64,000 nucleotides of DNA from a phage: assembly GCA_027263115.1 (NCBI GenBank), contig GCA_027263115.1_3656.1, one strand, 5' to 3'. This document shows positions 8,627-16,866 of the stretch, piece by piece (within the stretch, counting starts at the first letter, position 1; the number at the start of each line of letters is the position of its first letter). The notes beneath the pieces were generated by a model. That model made no database searches. It was not told where the DNA came from and was given only the letters and a program-made list of their open reading frames with translations. The position numbers were made by a program, and so were the translations under genes.

Positions 8627-8849
8627 TACCACGTTAATTAATCCCTTTGATGAAGATTTGAAGCCAGCCGCCTGGCGTGATGGATTCAATAACGAACGCT
8701 TTATTTTCAGGCCTGATCTTAAGGAATTTTATAACAATGGATCGAACAACGACAGAGATAATTTTTCTTGTGATGTGCGTGGTGATGGTACTCCTGGGGG
8801 CCATTGTAAACCACGTCACTACTACCAGGATGAAAGGGGGAGACGATGA
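8604..8849 (+). CDS. hypothetical protein
   Basis: ATG after GAGAGGAATAG, overlaps previous gene by 23 nt. Confidence 0.4.
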   Translation: MWASRLNNTTLINPFDEDLKPAAWRDGFNNERFIFRPDLKEFYNNGSNNDRDNFSCDVRGDGTPGGHCKPRHYYQDERGRR

Positions 8850-8965
8850 CAACCAAGGATAAGCCCCGCACCGATAAGGTGCGCCGGGTTATGGTATGGC
8901 TTGAGATCATCGCCCTTGAAATATTGTTAGGCGTAGGGATGTATTTTATCGCTGTAAGTAACTGA
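8846..8965 (+). CDS. small hydrophobic peptide (39 aa)
   Basis: ATGA overlap with previous stop, SD GGGGGAG, single TM-like helix. Confidence 0.4.
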   Translation: MTTKDKPRTDKVRRVMVWLEIIALEILLGVGMYFIAVSN

Positions 8966-8969
8966 TAAC

Positions 8970-9012
8970 GGCCCCCGATCCCTGGGGGCCTAACTTTTTA
9001 AAATTTTTTTTC
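8970..9012 (+). terminator. rho-independent terminator
   Basis: GGCCCCC-loop-GGGGGCC hairpin followed by long T-rich run. Confidence 0.6.
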
Positions 9013-9022
9013 TCCCTGAGTG

Positions 9023-9052
9023 TTGCAATCCGATCCAGAATATGGATAATAA
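9023..9052 (+). promoter_or_regulatory. promoter-like TTGCAA-N18-TAATAA
   Basis: Shares ATATGGATAATAA core with the 10186 promoter; followed by leader hairpin. Confidence 0.4.
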
Positions 9053-9106
9053 TAATCAACGGGGAGCTAATCCCCACCAACACAAAAACCAGAAAGGAGA
9101 AACAAA

Positions 9107-9307
9107 ATGAGCAACAATATCCGCGTTATTAACTTCAAAAAAGAAGAAAAAATTGCCGTGCTGATTGACGGTCAAGAAATCTTCAAGGGCTATTATGAAG
9201 ATCATCAAACGGCGATTAGTATCACTCGCGTGATTGGTTACCATAATTTTTACCCCCAAGGCGCTGAGGCGGCGGTTAAACGAATCAAAGAGATTGTAGG
9301 CCTGTAA
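9107..9307 (+). CDS. hypothetical protein
   Basis: 66 aa, SD AAAGGAGAAA. Confidence 0.55.
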   Translation: MSNNIRVINFKKEEKIAVLIDGQEIFKGYYEDHQTAISITRVIGYHNFYPQGAEAAVKRIKEIVGL

Positions 9308-9309
9308 AA

Positions 9310-9355
9310 TTTATTTTTAGATGGCCTTGACTTCAGGGCCATCAATAAAGTAAAT
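9310..9355. repeat. 46-bp intergenic repeat element, copy 3
   Basis: Two mismatches relative to copies 1 and 2. Confidence 0.65.
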
Positions 9356-9391
9356 TTAAACCCTGTTAAAAGACCACGCAGTTAACAAGGA

Positions 9392-9700
9392 GTGATAGAC
9401 ATGTTTATCCAGGCTAATAATCTTTATTTCTTTGATGGTCAGATCGTAGATGGTGTGGAAGTGGAGATCACCGGGTGCCCTGGCGGTCAGGCTATGACTT
9501 TTCGGAATAATGCCTTTGATGATTCTCATATCGTTATGAGAATGGAAGTTACGAAGCTGGACGACAAGAAAACACTTATTGACTATTCTGTGAAAGATCA
9601 TCCAGACTACCACATGATCTATGGTGATTTGTGCGTTGTTGACCGTGACAAGGTGGGCGGCATTGTGATCGCTATTGTGAACGATGTTTTCTCAAACTAA
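9392..9700 (+). CDS. hypothetical protein
   Basis: 102 aa, SD AAGGAG. Confidence 0.6.
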   Translation: MIDMFIQANNLYFFDGQIVDGVEVEITGCPGGQAMTFRNNAFDDSHIVMRMEVTKLDDKKTLIDYSVKDHPDYHMIYGDLCVVDRDKVGGIVIAIVNDVFSN

Positions 9701-9717
9701 TTTCAGCAGGTGATTTT

Positions 9718-10068
9718 ATGAAAATAAAACTATATTACCTTAATGAGCTTAACCCCCTTGCCCAGGTCCGCGCCATAGCTAATACCTTGATTTGTGAGAA
9801 ATCTGTATATTGTGTTGAGCTTAACGCCATGCGTGAACGTCTCAAAGGTGGTTACTTTGACATCCATACTGCAATCAACGGCCTGAATATGGAATTTATA
9901 CGCTTACGTAACAGCCGCTGGAATCTGGCAAGAATGGAACAAGATCCGGCCTACCTTCGTAAGCTGGTTATTGAAAATCATCTGATGTTTAATGCCGAGG
10001 GTGATTATTACCATTTTCACCGCAGACGCTGGTACCGTGGCGGCAATACAGGCAAGAATGCAAAATAA
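9718..10068 (+). CDS. hypothetical protein
   Basis: 116 aa ORF following previous gene. Confidence 0.5.
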   Translation: MKIKLYYLNELNPLAQVRAIANTLICEKSVYCVELNAMRERLKGGYFDIHTAINGLNMEFIRLRNSRWNLARMEQDPAYLRKLVIENHLMFNAEGDYYHFHRRRWYRGGNTGKNAK

Positions 10069-10103
10069 GGCCCCTAGCAGGGCCTGCAGCAATATAATCA
10101 CAT

Positions 10104-10137
10104 AAAGGCCATGCAACCGCATGGCCTTTATTATTTT
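10104..10137 (+). terminator. rho-independent terminator
   Basis: 11-bp stem AAAGGCCATGC/GCATGGCCTTT, then ATTATTTTGG. Confidence 0.65.
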
Positions 10138-10185
10138 GGCGTTACAACGGCATACGGGGCGCTTAAAAAATTTTTAAAGAAGTAC

Positions 10186-10215
10186 TTGCATCATTCCCGA
10201 CAATATGGATAATAA
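10186..10215 (+). promoter_or_regulatory. promoter-like TTGCAT-N18-TAATAA
   Basis: Paralog of the 9023 promoter, followed by GGGGG/CCCCC hairpin. Confidence 0.4.
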
Positions 10216-10270
10216 GAGTTGTCGAGGGGGAGGCCCCCAATCGTTGACCAGATAGATAGGAGTTAAAATC

Positions 10271-10555
10271 ATGGCTATTGTTACCGCTGGCGATGTAGTA
10301 GAAATGGAAGCAAAATACTTAAAAGCGGGTATGCACATCCTACGGAATGATCAAGAGTTATTATTAACGATGGTTGACTATAATCCCGGCCAGGATTATC
10401 CAAGCATCGACTACTTTTTTGAGTATGTTGATGAAGAGTTGAAAGAGGATGAGGCATATTGCGGTGAGTTCTGCAACTTCTTTTGTCCTGATGAGGTTGT
10501 AAAGGTTATTTATCAACCTGGCGTACCTTTCCCACTGCACGCTATCAATAAATAA
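10271..10555 (+). CDS. hypothetical protein
   Basis: 94 aa, SD TAGGAG. Confidence 0.6.
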   Translation: MAIVTAGDVVEMEAKYLKAGMHILRNDQELLLTMVDYNPGQDYPSIDYFFEYVDEELKEDEAYCGEFCNFFCPDEVVKVIYQPGVPFPLHAINK

Positions 10556-10609
10556 ACCTGGCGGGGCCGAAAAGGCCCCAATTATGAAAATAAAGAGAGG
10601 TAAATCATC

Positions 10610-10843
10610 ATGATGGAACAAATTAAACGCGCTGAGGCTATTAATGGCAATGTGATCTATTTTGTCAGCAAAAACGAAAAAGGCGTACCATATGCGGCGG
10701 TAATAGTACAACCTGACGGCGATTATTGGTTTACTGTGTACGGCGCTTATTCTTTTGGGCGTCCAGTGCATGATAAAATTTTGAAAGTAGCGAACCCTAC
10801 CGGGAAGAATATCACAGCAGAAAAATTTTTTGAAAATAGTTGA
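10610..10843 (+). CDS. hypothetical protein
   Basis: 77 aa, SD AGAGAGGTAAA. Confidence 0.55.
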   Translation: MMEQIKRAEAINGNVIYFVSKNEKGVPYAAVIVQPDGDYWFTVYGAYSFGRPVHDKILKVANPTGKNITAEKFFENS

Positions 10844-10867
10844 CATGACCATATAAGACTGTAATAT
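10840..10867 (+). promoter_or_regulatory. sigma70-type promoter TTGACA-N16-TAATAT
   Basis: Hexamers then leader hairpin GGGGC/GCCCC. Confidence 0.5.
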
Positions 10868-10918
10868 ATAAATCAAAGGGGGCAACAAGCCCCACCAACC
10901 ACAAAGAGGATAAAAATC

Positions 10919-11098
10919 ATGGCTATTATTGCAAAGACTGAGATCGTAGGCTTAGATTCTATTCTACTCGCATATGAGGAAGCTATAGAAATGTATGTGG
11001 TTTCCTACGGTGAATATATCCGTGAATATAAATCTATTGATCTAGCTTTTGAATGTTATATTCGCCAGGTCAATAAAGCATATGATGATTATCGTTAA
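10919..11098 (+). CDS. small hypothetical protein (59 aa)
   Basis: ATG after AAGAGGATAAAAA; below track cutoff. Confidence 0.5.
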   Translation: MAIIAKTEIVGLDSILLAYEEAIEMYVVSYGEYIREYKSIDLAFECYIRQVNKAYDDYR

Positions 11099-11189
11099 AA
11101 TAGTTTGACAACAAACAACCATCTAACAAAGCATAATACATAAGGTGGTAGAATGATCCGCCACCTGGAACAAAGAAGAGGTAAACACC

Positions 11190-11435
11190 ATGAAAAGCAA
11201 TAAAGGTTATAACGGTTACAAAAACAAAACTCATTGGAATGTAAGCCTTTGGATTAATAACGATGAGTCATTGTACCGGTTGGCCCAAGGCTTTATTAAC
11301 GCCAATGCTAATCGTAATGATGCGGCGCGGGATATGATGCTTTTTCTGGAGCTAACCGGACAAGATAAGACCCCGGACGGCTTCAAGTACAGCACTACGG
11401 CGATCCGTGCCGCGATGGTTGGAATGAAACACTAA
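11190..11435 (+). CDS. hypothetical protein
   Basis: 81 aa, SD AAGAGGTAAA; preceded by GGTGG...CCACC leader hairpin. Confidence 0.55.
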   Translation: MKSNKGYNGYKNKTHWNVSLWINNDESLYRLAQGFINANANRNDAARDMMLFLELTGQDKTPDGFKYSTTAIRAAMVGMKH

Positions 11436-11512
11436 AAGCATATAGCCGCCTTACCCTGGGGCCGCTGCTACGGCCCCATGAATAAGGTTACTAACAGAAG
11501 AGAATAAACACC

Positions 11513-11617
11513 ATGAAACAAAAATTAATTGATGCTGTGATCCTGGTTATTGCCTTAGGTATTGGCCTGATTGCAACCATGGCTAATGTGATCTTGTCTT
11601 CCAACGGTATCGGGTGA
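11513..11617 (+). CDS. small hydrophobic peptide (34 aa)
   Basis: ATG after leader hairpin and AGAAGAGAATAAA; TM-like; shares SSNGI motif with the 5034 peptide. Confidence 0.4.
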   Translation: MKQKLIDAVILVIALGIGLIATMANVILSSNGIG

Positions 11618-11626
11618 GGTTGACAA

Positions 11627-11842
11627 ATGATCACTAACAAAACAGGAAAAACAGAATTTTTACGCAACTTACAGATCGGCAAGCCTGAGATCTGGCATTG
11701 CACTAAAACACCACGTGACGAAATGAAAGACTTCACCGCCACGCTGCAACGGGTAAAGATATCCATCACGCAGAAAAAGGCCTTGCTAGTGGTGGAAGGT
11801 GAGATCCCCCAAACCGTTGTTATAGTTGAGCGTACAGCATAG
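11627..11842 (+). CDS. hypothetical protein
   Basis: 71 aa, weak SD GAGGT. Confidence 0.45.
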   Translation: MITNKTGKTEFLRNLQIGKPEIWHCTKTPRDEMKDFTATLQRVKISITQKKALLVVEGEIPQTVVIVERTA

Positions 11843-11933
11843 TTTAATTTATAGAGATACCTGAAAATTAACCAATAAAGCATAAACAGGCGGTTACCGC
11901 CGCCTTAAACGTAGCAGAAAGAGGATAGACACA

Positions 11934-12218
11934 ATGAAAAAGATGATCGCAGTGGTTGCCCTAGTTGTTGGACTTAATGCGCCTGTAATGGCTAAAGAGC
12001 TGGCAAAAGAGGTTAATCTAACGGATATTCATGCCGTCAATCAAATCGGGGTTACTTATCGCTTATGCCTTGCCGCTAAAACTTTTAATGACGGCACAAC
12101 AGAGTACTACGGATTCGAGGGTATCCGGTGCGGTGAGCTTGCTCGCGACCTTAAGGAAGATCCAGATCTGGAAGATCTACCCATCACCGTAAACGGTAAA
12201 GCTTACGTAAACCGTTAA
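11934..12218 (+). CDS. secreted/periplasmic small protein
   Basis: 94 aa, SD AAGAGGA; N-terminal signal-peptide-like MKKMIAVVALVVGLNAPVMA. Confidence 0.6.
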   Translation: MKKMIAVVALVVGLNAPVMAKELAKEVNLTDIHAVNQIGVTYRLCLAAKTFNDGTTEYYGFEGIRCGELARDLKEDPDLEDLPITVNGKAYVNR

Positions 12219-12220
12219 CC

Positions 12221-12355
12221 ATGAGAAAGATAATCATCACCTTGGGGATTGTGGTAGCAATACTGGCGCTCTTTCCCCTTATGGTTAGGTATGTGCTGAT
12301 CAGTGTTGTCCTGATAGTCAGCGATCTATTGGAAACGGTTGGCACCTTGTTTTAA
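12221..12355 (+). CDS. small hydrophobic peptide (44 aa)
   Basis: Starts 3 nt after previous stop, no clear SD, strongly hydrophobic. Confidence 0.3.
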   Translation: MRKIIITLGIVVAILALFPLMVRYVLISVVLIVSDLLETVGTLF

Positions 12356-12368
12356 AGAGCGATAAAAA

Positions 12369-12560
12369 ATGAATATCGAACAAGTTAGAAAGGTATTAGC
12401 GGTACTGCGTTATCATAATCATAGAAAGGTCATAGACGATCCTGATTATGTTGATTCAAGTCTAGAAGAGGATACACTACAAGCCATAAGTAACATGCAA
12501 GAATTGCTAAAGCGCATGACAGAGAAAAACAGACCGGACTACATAGGCGAAAAAATATAA
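12369..12560 (+). CDS. hypothetical protein
   Basis: 63 aa ORF in gene array. Confidence 0.5.
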   Translation: MNIEQVRKVLAVLRYHNHRKVIDDPDYVDSSLEEDTLQAISNMQELLKRMTEKNRPDYIGEKI

Positions 12561-12577
12561 TATTTATAAACTACAAA

Positions 12578-12607
12578 ACAGGGCTTGCAATGGCCCTGTT
12601 TTTGTTA
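12578..12607 (+). terminator. rho-independent terminator
   Basis: ACAGGGC-loop-GCCCTGT hairpin followed by TTTTTGTT. Confidence 0.65.
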
Positions 12608-12687
12608 TACTTATTCTACGGCAGGCACCTGGCGACGGGGGGAGACAATCACCGGGCCTGCCTGTCATACAAGAACTATAAAAACCG

Positions 12688-12716
12688 TTGACATCTGCCA
12701 TGGGGTGGGGTAACAT
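12688..12716 (+). promoter_or_regulatory. promoter TTGACA-N17-TAACAT
   Basis: Followed by GGGCA/TGCCC hairpin and CA-rich leader. Confidence 0.45.
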
Positions 12717-12770
12717 TTATCTTGAAGGGGCAAAAGTGCCCACACAACAACCAGGAGAGAGGAAAACATT

Positions 12771-13043
12771 ATGTCAAGCTGGATTAATCAAGAAGTCGAA
12801 TCACGTTTTAATGCTATATGGGATCTCATCGAAAAAGAGGACGGAACATCAAGCCCCTACCTCAACAATTTGGAATTCCATTTTGTGGAAGCGATGAACG
12901 CAGAACATGATCACGAAGGTGGCGCGGATGAGTTCGCTAAAGGTTATGGCTTTAACAATGCCAACGAAATGATCGAGGCGGTTGTACTCCAGGCTGAGGA
13001 AGATTATCAATTAAAAACGCTTGAATTCTGCCGCCGTAAGTAA
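12771..13043 (+). CDS. acidic hypothetical protein
   Basis: 90 aa, SD AGGAGAGAGG. Confidence 0.6.
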   Translation: MSSWINQEVESRFNAIWDLIEKEDGTSSPYLNNLEFHFVEAMNAEHDHEGGADEFAKGYGFNNANEMIEAVVLQAEEDYQLKTLEFCRRK

Positions 13044-13103
13044 TAAGATAATGACACGGGCCAAAAGGCCCACTAATCAGAACCACACAAAGGGAGAAAG
13101 AAA

Positions 13104-13322
13104 ATGACAACCCGTAAAATTAAAGTTGTTTGCATTGAATCGACTGGGGGCGCTTTTGTAGTTGGTCAGGAATATAATGCGGTTTTAATGGGTACGGATT
13201 GGAAGGTTAAAGGCCTTAATGGTTACGAGTACGGCACTACTTGCGGCTTGCGTGGTCGAATCGGATACGTGAGTTTAGACAATAAAGAAAAATTTGTTTT
13301 CGACACCCTTGTGAGTAAATAG
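13104..13322 (+). CDS. hypothetical protein
   Basis: 72 aa, SD AAGGGAGAAAG; preceded by GGGCC/GGCCC hairpin. Confidence 0.55.
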   Translation: MTTRKIKVVCIESTGGAFVVGQEYNAVLMGTDWKVKGLNGYEYGTTCGLRGRIGYVSLDNKEKFVFDTLVSK

Positions 13323-13400
13323 CATGAATTGCTAAAGACTGATCTGCGAACTGCTGTATTATCAACTAATCAAAACGAACCACATAAAGAGGTAAACATC

Positions 13401-13664
13401 ATGAAACGTCTTGATCAGCTCAAACTAGTTCAGTACATGGCCTACAGAATTCTTGAAGTCCAAAAAGGTAGCAAAAAAGAGGTTTGCGAGAAAGCTTATA
13501 AGATCTTTACCCGCAAAAAAGATGACTGGATGCTACGCCAGACCAAAAAGGCTGACATCTTGGGGTACCTGGAAGAAGAGATCCGCCTTGAAGAGCAAGA
13601 AGAGATCCGCCGCAGTGAAGCAGATTATCAGGCAGCTTGGGAAAACTGGATGAATAACAAATAA
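13401..13664 (+). CDS. hypothetical protein
   Basis: ATG after AAGAGGTAAA (start trimmed from track ORF 13329); Lys/Glu-rich. Confidence 0.5.
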   Translation: MKRLDQLKLVQYMAYRILEVQKGSKKEVCEKAYKIFTRKKDDWMLRQTKKADILGYLEEEIRLEEQEEIRRSEADYQAAWENWMNNK

Positions 13665-13728
13665 TACAACAAGTTACGGTCAGGGGGCAATAAAGCCCCT
13701 TGATCACATAAAAATTATGCTATCCTTA

Positions 13729-13757
13729 TTGACAAGGATCGGCAGTTTTGCTATATT
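13729..13757 (+). promoter_or_regulatory. sigma70-type promoter TTGACA-N17-TATATT
   Basis: Hexamers upstream of ORF 13807. Confidence 0.5.
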
Positions 13758-13806
13758 CTTTTTTAAAGGGAAGTTGTAAGAAAATTAACTAAGAGGTAAA
13801 AACACC

Positions 13807-14226
13807 ATGAACATTAAATCTAATAATCCGGCATATAGCTTTGATAACGCTTTTTGTCACGGTCCGGCGGCGAAAGGATTCGAAATCGATGGTAAACTAA
13901 TTATTGTCAATGTTGACGGGGAAGAGGTTGCAGTATATCCGGTGGCAGACGTAAAAAGCCGTTTACAATGCCGCATTGATGTTACCGCCTATCAGCTTGA
14001 TCCGGTCCGCATAGTTGCCCTGGTCCTGGAAGAAGAAATTAAAGCCATGCACCATAGCAACAGGTTTATTGGTGACGCTCAGGATAATATGAAGGTGTGC
14101 CGCCATAAAGTTAATGAAGTGCTTAAAGAGTACGGCTATAAAGATCTTATGATCAAACGTGATGAAAAATTCCGGTACCGTAACGACCTGGCAAATCGAA
14201 TCTATGAAATATACGAATCATTATAA
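13807..14226 (+). CDS. hypothetical protein
   Basis: 139 aa, SD AAGAGGTAAAAA; last gene of rightward early array. Confidence 0.6.
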   Translation: MNIKSNNPAYSFDNAFCHGPAAKGFEIDGKLIIVNVDGEEVAVYPVADVKSRLQCRIDVTAYQLDPVRIVALVLEEEIKAMHHSNRFIGDAQDNMKVCRHKVNEVLKEYGYKDLMIKRDEKFRYRNDLANRIYEIYESL

Positions 14227-14244
14227 TTTTTTAACTGAATTATC

Positions 14245-14270
14245 AAGGGGCTTAGGCCCCTTTCTTTTTG
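14245..14270 (+). terminator. rho-independent terminator closing the early array
   Basis: AAGGGGC-loop-GCCCCTT hairpin followed by TCTTTTTG. Confidence 0.65.
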
Positions 14271-14877
14271 TCTGATCTTCCCCCTACCATAAACGGCCCT
14301 ACCTGGCAAGTGGAATAATTGACGAGCCATCAACCCCACACACTGTACAAATATACATGTAAAATAACTATTGCATAACTTTTCATTGTGTGGTAGCAGG
14401 GCTATTTTTACCCGTTTTTCCTTCCAAAATTGCACGTAATGCAGCTATTGCACAAAATTTAACCTGATGCATATCTTCAGTGTCTTGTCAACAACTAAAA
14501 ATCTTTATAAGTCATGCACTTACATAACCACAAAAGCGTGCTCTACGTGAAAAATCGAGTATAACTATAGCCGCCAGATCTCAGAATTTACGTACGCTCA
14601 CCATTCTATAGTCTGCTAAGTATTTATTCCAACCATAGAATAACGGAATAGTCAATACCTGCATAAAATAATTATTCGTGTAAACTGCATAACATAAATC
14701 AGCTTAGGTGTCAACATTTTTCGTAAACAGTCTGAAATTATCACGATGAGTTATCATAAACAGAGAAATCTTTAGTCGTCTAATGTTTACTGTACGTTAC
14801 TATACTAACTGAAATCATTAGATGACTAATAGAAAGATAAGAAATAATTAACAATACAATTATTTTATCTGTAACAA

Positions 14878-15165
14878 TAAGGCAACTATGCAAACGAATG
14901 GCATGGCGCGACGGAGTCGCGACATAATATAAAAGCAGTAACCATCACCCCCGTGATAGTTTGTCTGCAATCTATTAATCAGATCATAGTTGCCTTGTAT
15001 TTAGTTAATCATGACATAACAAGCAAGGCAACTATAGATCTGCTAATAGTTGCCCTGCTTTTATATTATGTCATAGGAACGCCCGAAGGGGTGACCTAGT
15101 CACCTGGCATAGCCAGCGAAAGATTATTAACTTGGTAATAGTTATCATGCAAACGAATGGCATGG
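14878..15165. repeat. nested palindromic region: 18-bp inverted repeat (about 14921-14938 vs 15055-15072), 19-bp direct repeat ATGCAAACGAATGGCATGG x2, AGGCAACTAT/ATAGTTGCC inverted copies
   Basis: Reverse complements and direct copies read directly in the sequence; no ORF with a ribosome-binding site. Confidence 0.65.
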
Positions 15166-15179
15166 CTTATCATCTCTGT

Positions 15180-15420
15180 GTAAACAGTCAATCATGTAAA
15201 CTATTAGATATGTAAACAGTAAAGGGCGTGAACAGTAAGCGAGGGAATAGTAATAGCGTGAATAGTGACAGCGTAAACAGTGACAGCGTAAACAGTCAGG
15301 CATGTCAATTATGTCATATTGTGTCACCATTATGTCACTATTGTGTCACCAGTATGCCCAGTATGTCAATTGAGTCTAAAGTGTCAAAGGTGTCAGACAA
15401 GTTTTTCTCCTCTTTGTCAA
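15180..15420. repeat. tandem short-repeat arrays (GTAAACAGT family incl. 15-mer TGACAGCGTAAACAG x2; then 22-bp TTATGTCAYTATTGTGTCACCA x2 with further TGTCA units)
   Basis: Direct reading; track ORFs here are low-complexity artefacts of the repeats. Confidence 0.7.
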
Positions 15421-16866
15421 GTGCTGCATGAAAAATTTACAAGCTTGTATGGTAGCATTTTTGCGGCCCGTTTACATTCAGTGATGTATGTATAACCCTT
15501 GTTGTGTGGGAGTTTAGACGTCTAGACGGTTGGAAGTCTGCAGGTCAATATCTAATCTATCGGCTGCTAACTATATCCCACACAAATAGTAAGAAATATA
15601 ATTGTTATATGTGTAAACAGTAACTCATGTTATCAATCCCTGTATGGATCGCCAGTGGTGCGCATAATGGGTATTATGTTAAATTGCCCGTAATGATAAC
15701 AGTTCTCACAATGATAGGTATTCTCATTCATCCACACAAAATAGGTTGCAAATGTTGTGCCACTGTGTGAACGGCCTGGCCTATTAATTTCTCTCACTGC
15801 CTCGATATTTGAGGATTGTTATAAGAATGAGAAGTATTCCCATTCCGTCCGCCTGGCAGCGCTCCTGTAGGTCCTGCAAGGACTCTAGCTGAAAGCTAGA
15901 CCCTTCGGGCCTCCCTGTAGGTCAGGTCAAAATCGTGGCAGAACTGAGCCTGTTCAGATATTTCTGGCTGACTCTTCAGGTCTGTGTGGGAAAAGCCAAC
16001 CTCTCCGGCGGGGCAGGGGAGGGAGGTAAATTAAAAAATTTACGTGGTGTATGAAGCGCTCTTCAGGTAAGGCAGGTATTATGTGATGAAACCCTCTTCA
16101 GGCAATGATATTTGTGGGTGTGATATTTGCTGGAAAGCCAGATATGACGGGACTCCCGGCGGGGCAGGGGTAGTACAGACGGGGGAAATATGGGGATGTA
16201 GTTGGGGAAATTGATCAGGCAGGTAGAGTATGGAATATGTTACAAGTATGTTAAATATGGAGGTTGAATATCTGTAGGATTTGTGTGTAAAATCAAAGAC
16301 TTAAGTGGTGTTGTGGTATTTTCTATAAATAATTCAAGTTTAATAGGTAATATTTGCCTCTATCCACTTTGTGTGGTAAACAGATTCAGATGAGATTAGT
16401 TTACAAGTGTATACATAATATACAAATTAAAGATACAAGAAACCCCCCTCCCCCCTTCGGCTACCATTCACCTTTTCCTCTGACTGGTACTTAAACACTT
16501 ATTCAGACTCTTCAGGTTATCACCCATATATCATATGGCAGTGACTGGTGTCCTCCGGCCCCTCTTTCGTCACCCGTCCGCTTCGCCATGCTAATGCCAT
16601 AGCTAATGGTTCGGTTGTTCACCCTGTTCACTCAGGTGTATCTCTATACCCCTTCAAACCGAAGAGAACAGAAAACCCGAATTACTCGGTAAAAGAAAAG
16701 AGAAGAACTTAATTTTATCAGGATAGGCAAGAATGTCAAGGCATGACTGCTCACTAAACAAGCAAACAGTCATGTGTGGGAGGTAAGTGATTGTGGTGGT
16801 AGGAAATTTAGTTGAAAGATGTGTTATAGGTGCTTCCAGCACTTTAGCCGGGCAGCTAATTGTGTG

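Noticed and set aside
11491-11883. Minus-strand track ORF 11491..11883
   Set aside because: Antisense to two plus-strand genes with ribosome-binding sites; the leftward gene block does not begin until about 17.4 kb.
15180-15420. Possible CRISPR array
   Set aside because: Repeat units are 9-22 bp and directly abutting or separated by only a few bases, with no unique spacers of CRISPR length and no cas genes nearby.
15145-15431. Track ORFs 15145..15330 (-) and 15228..15431 (+) inside the repeat arrays
   Set aside because: Their translations are low-complexity repeats (e.g. NSNSVNSDSVNSDSVNS) produced by the tandem DNA repeats; no ribosome-binding site; overlapping on both strands.
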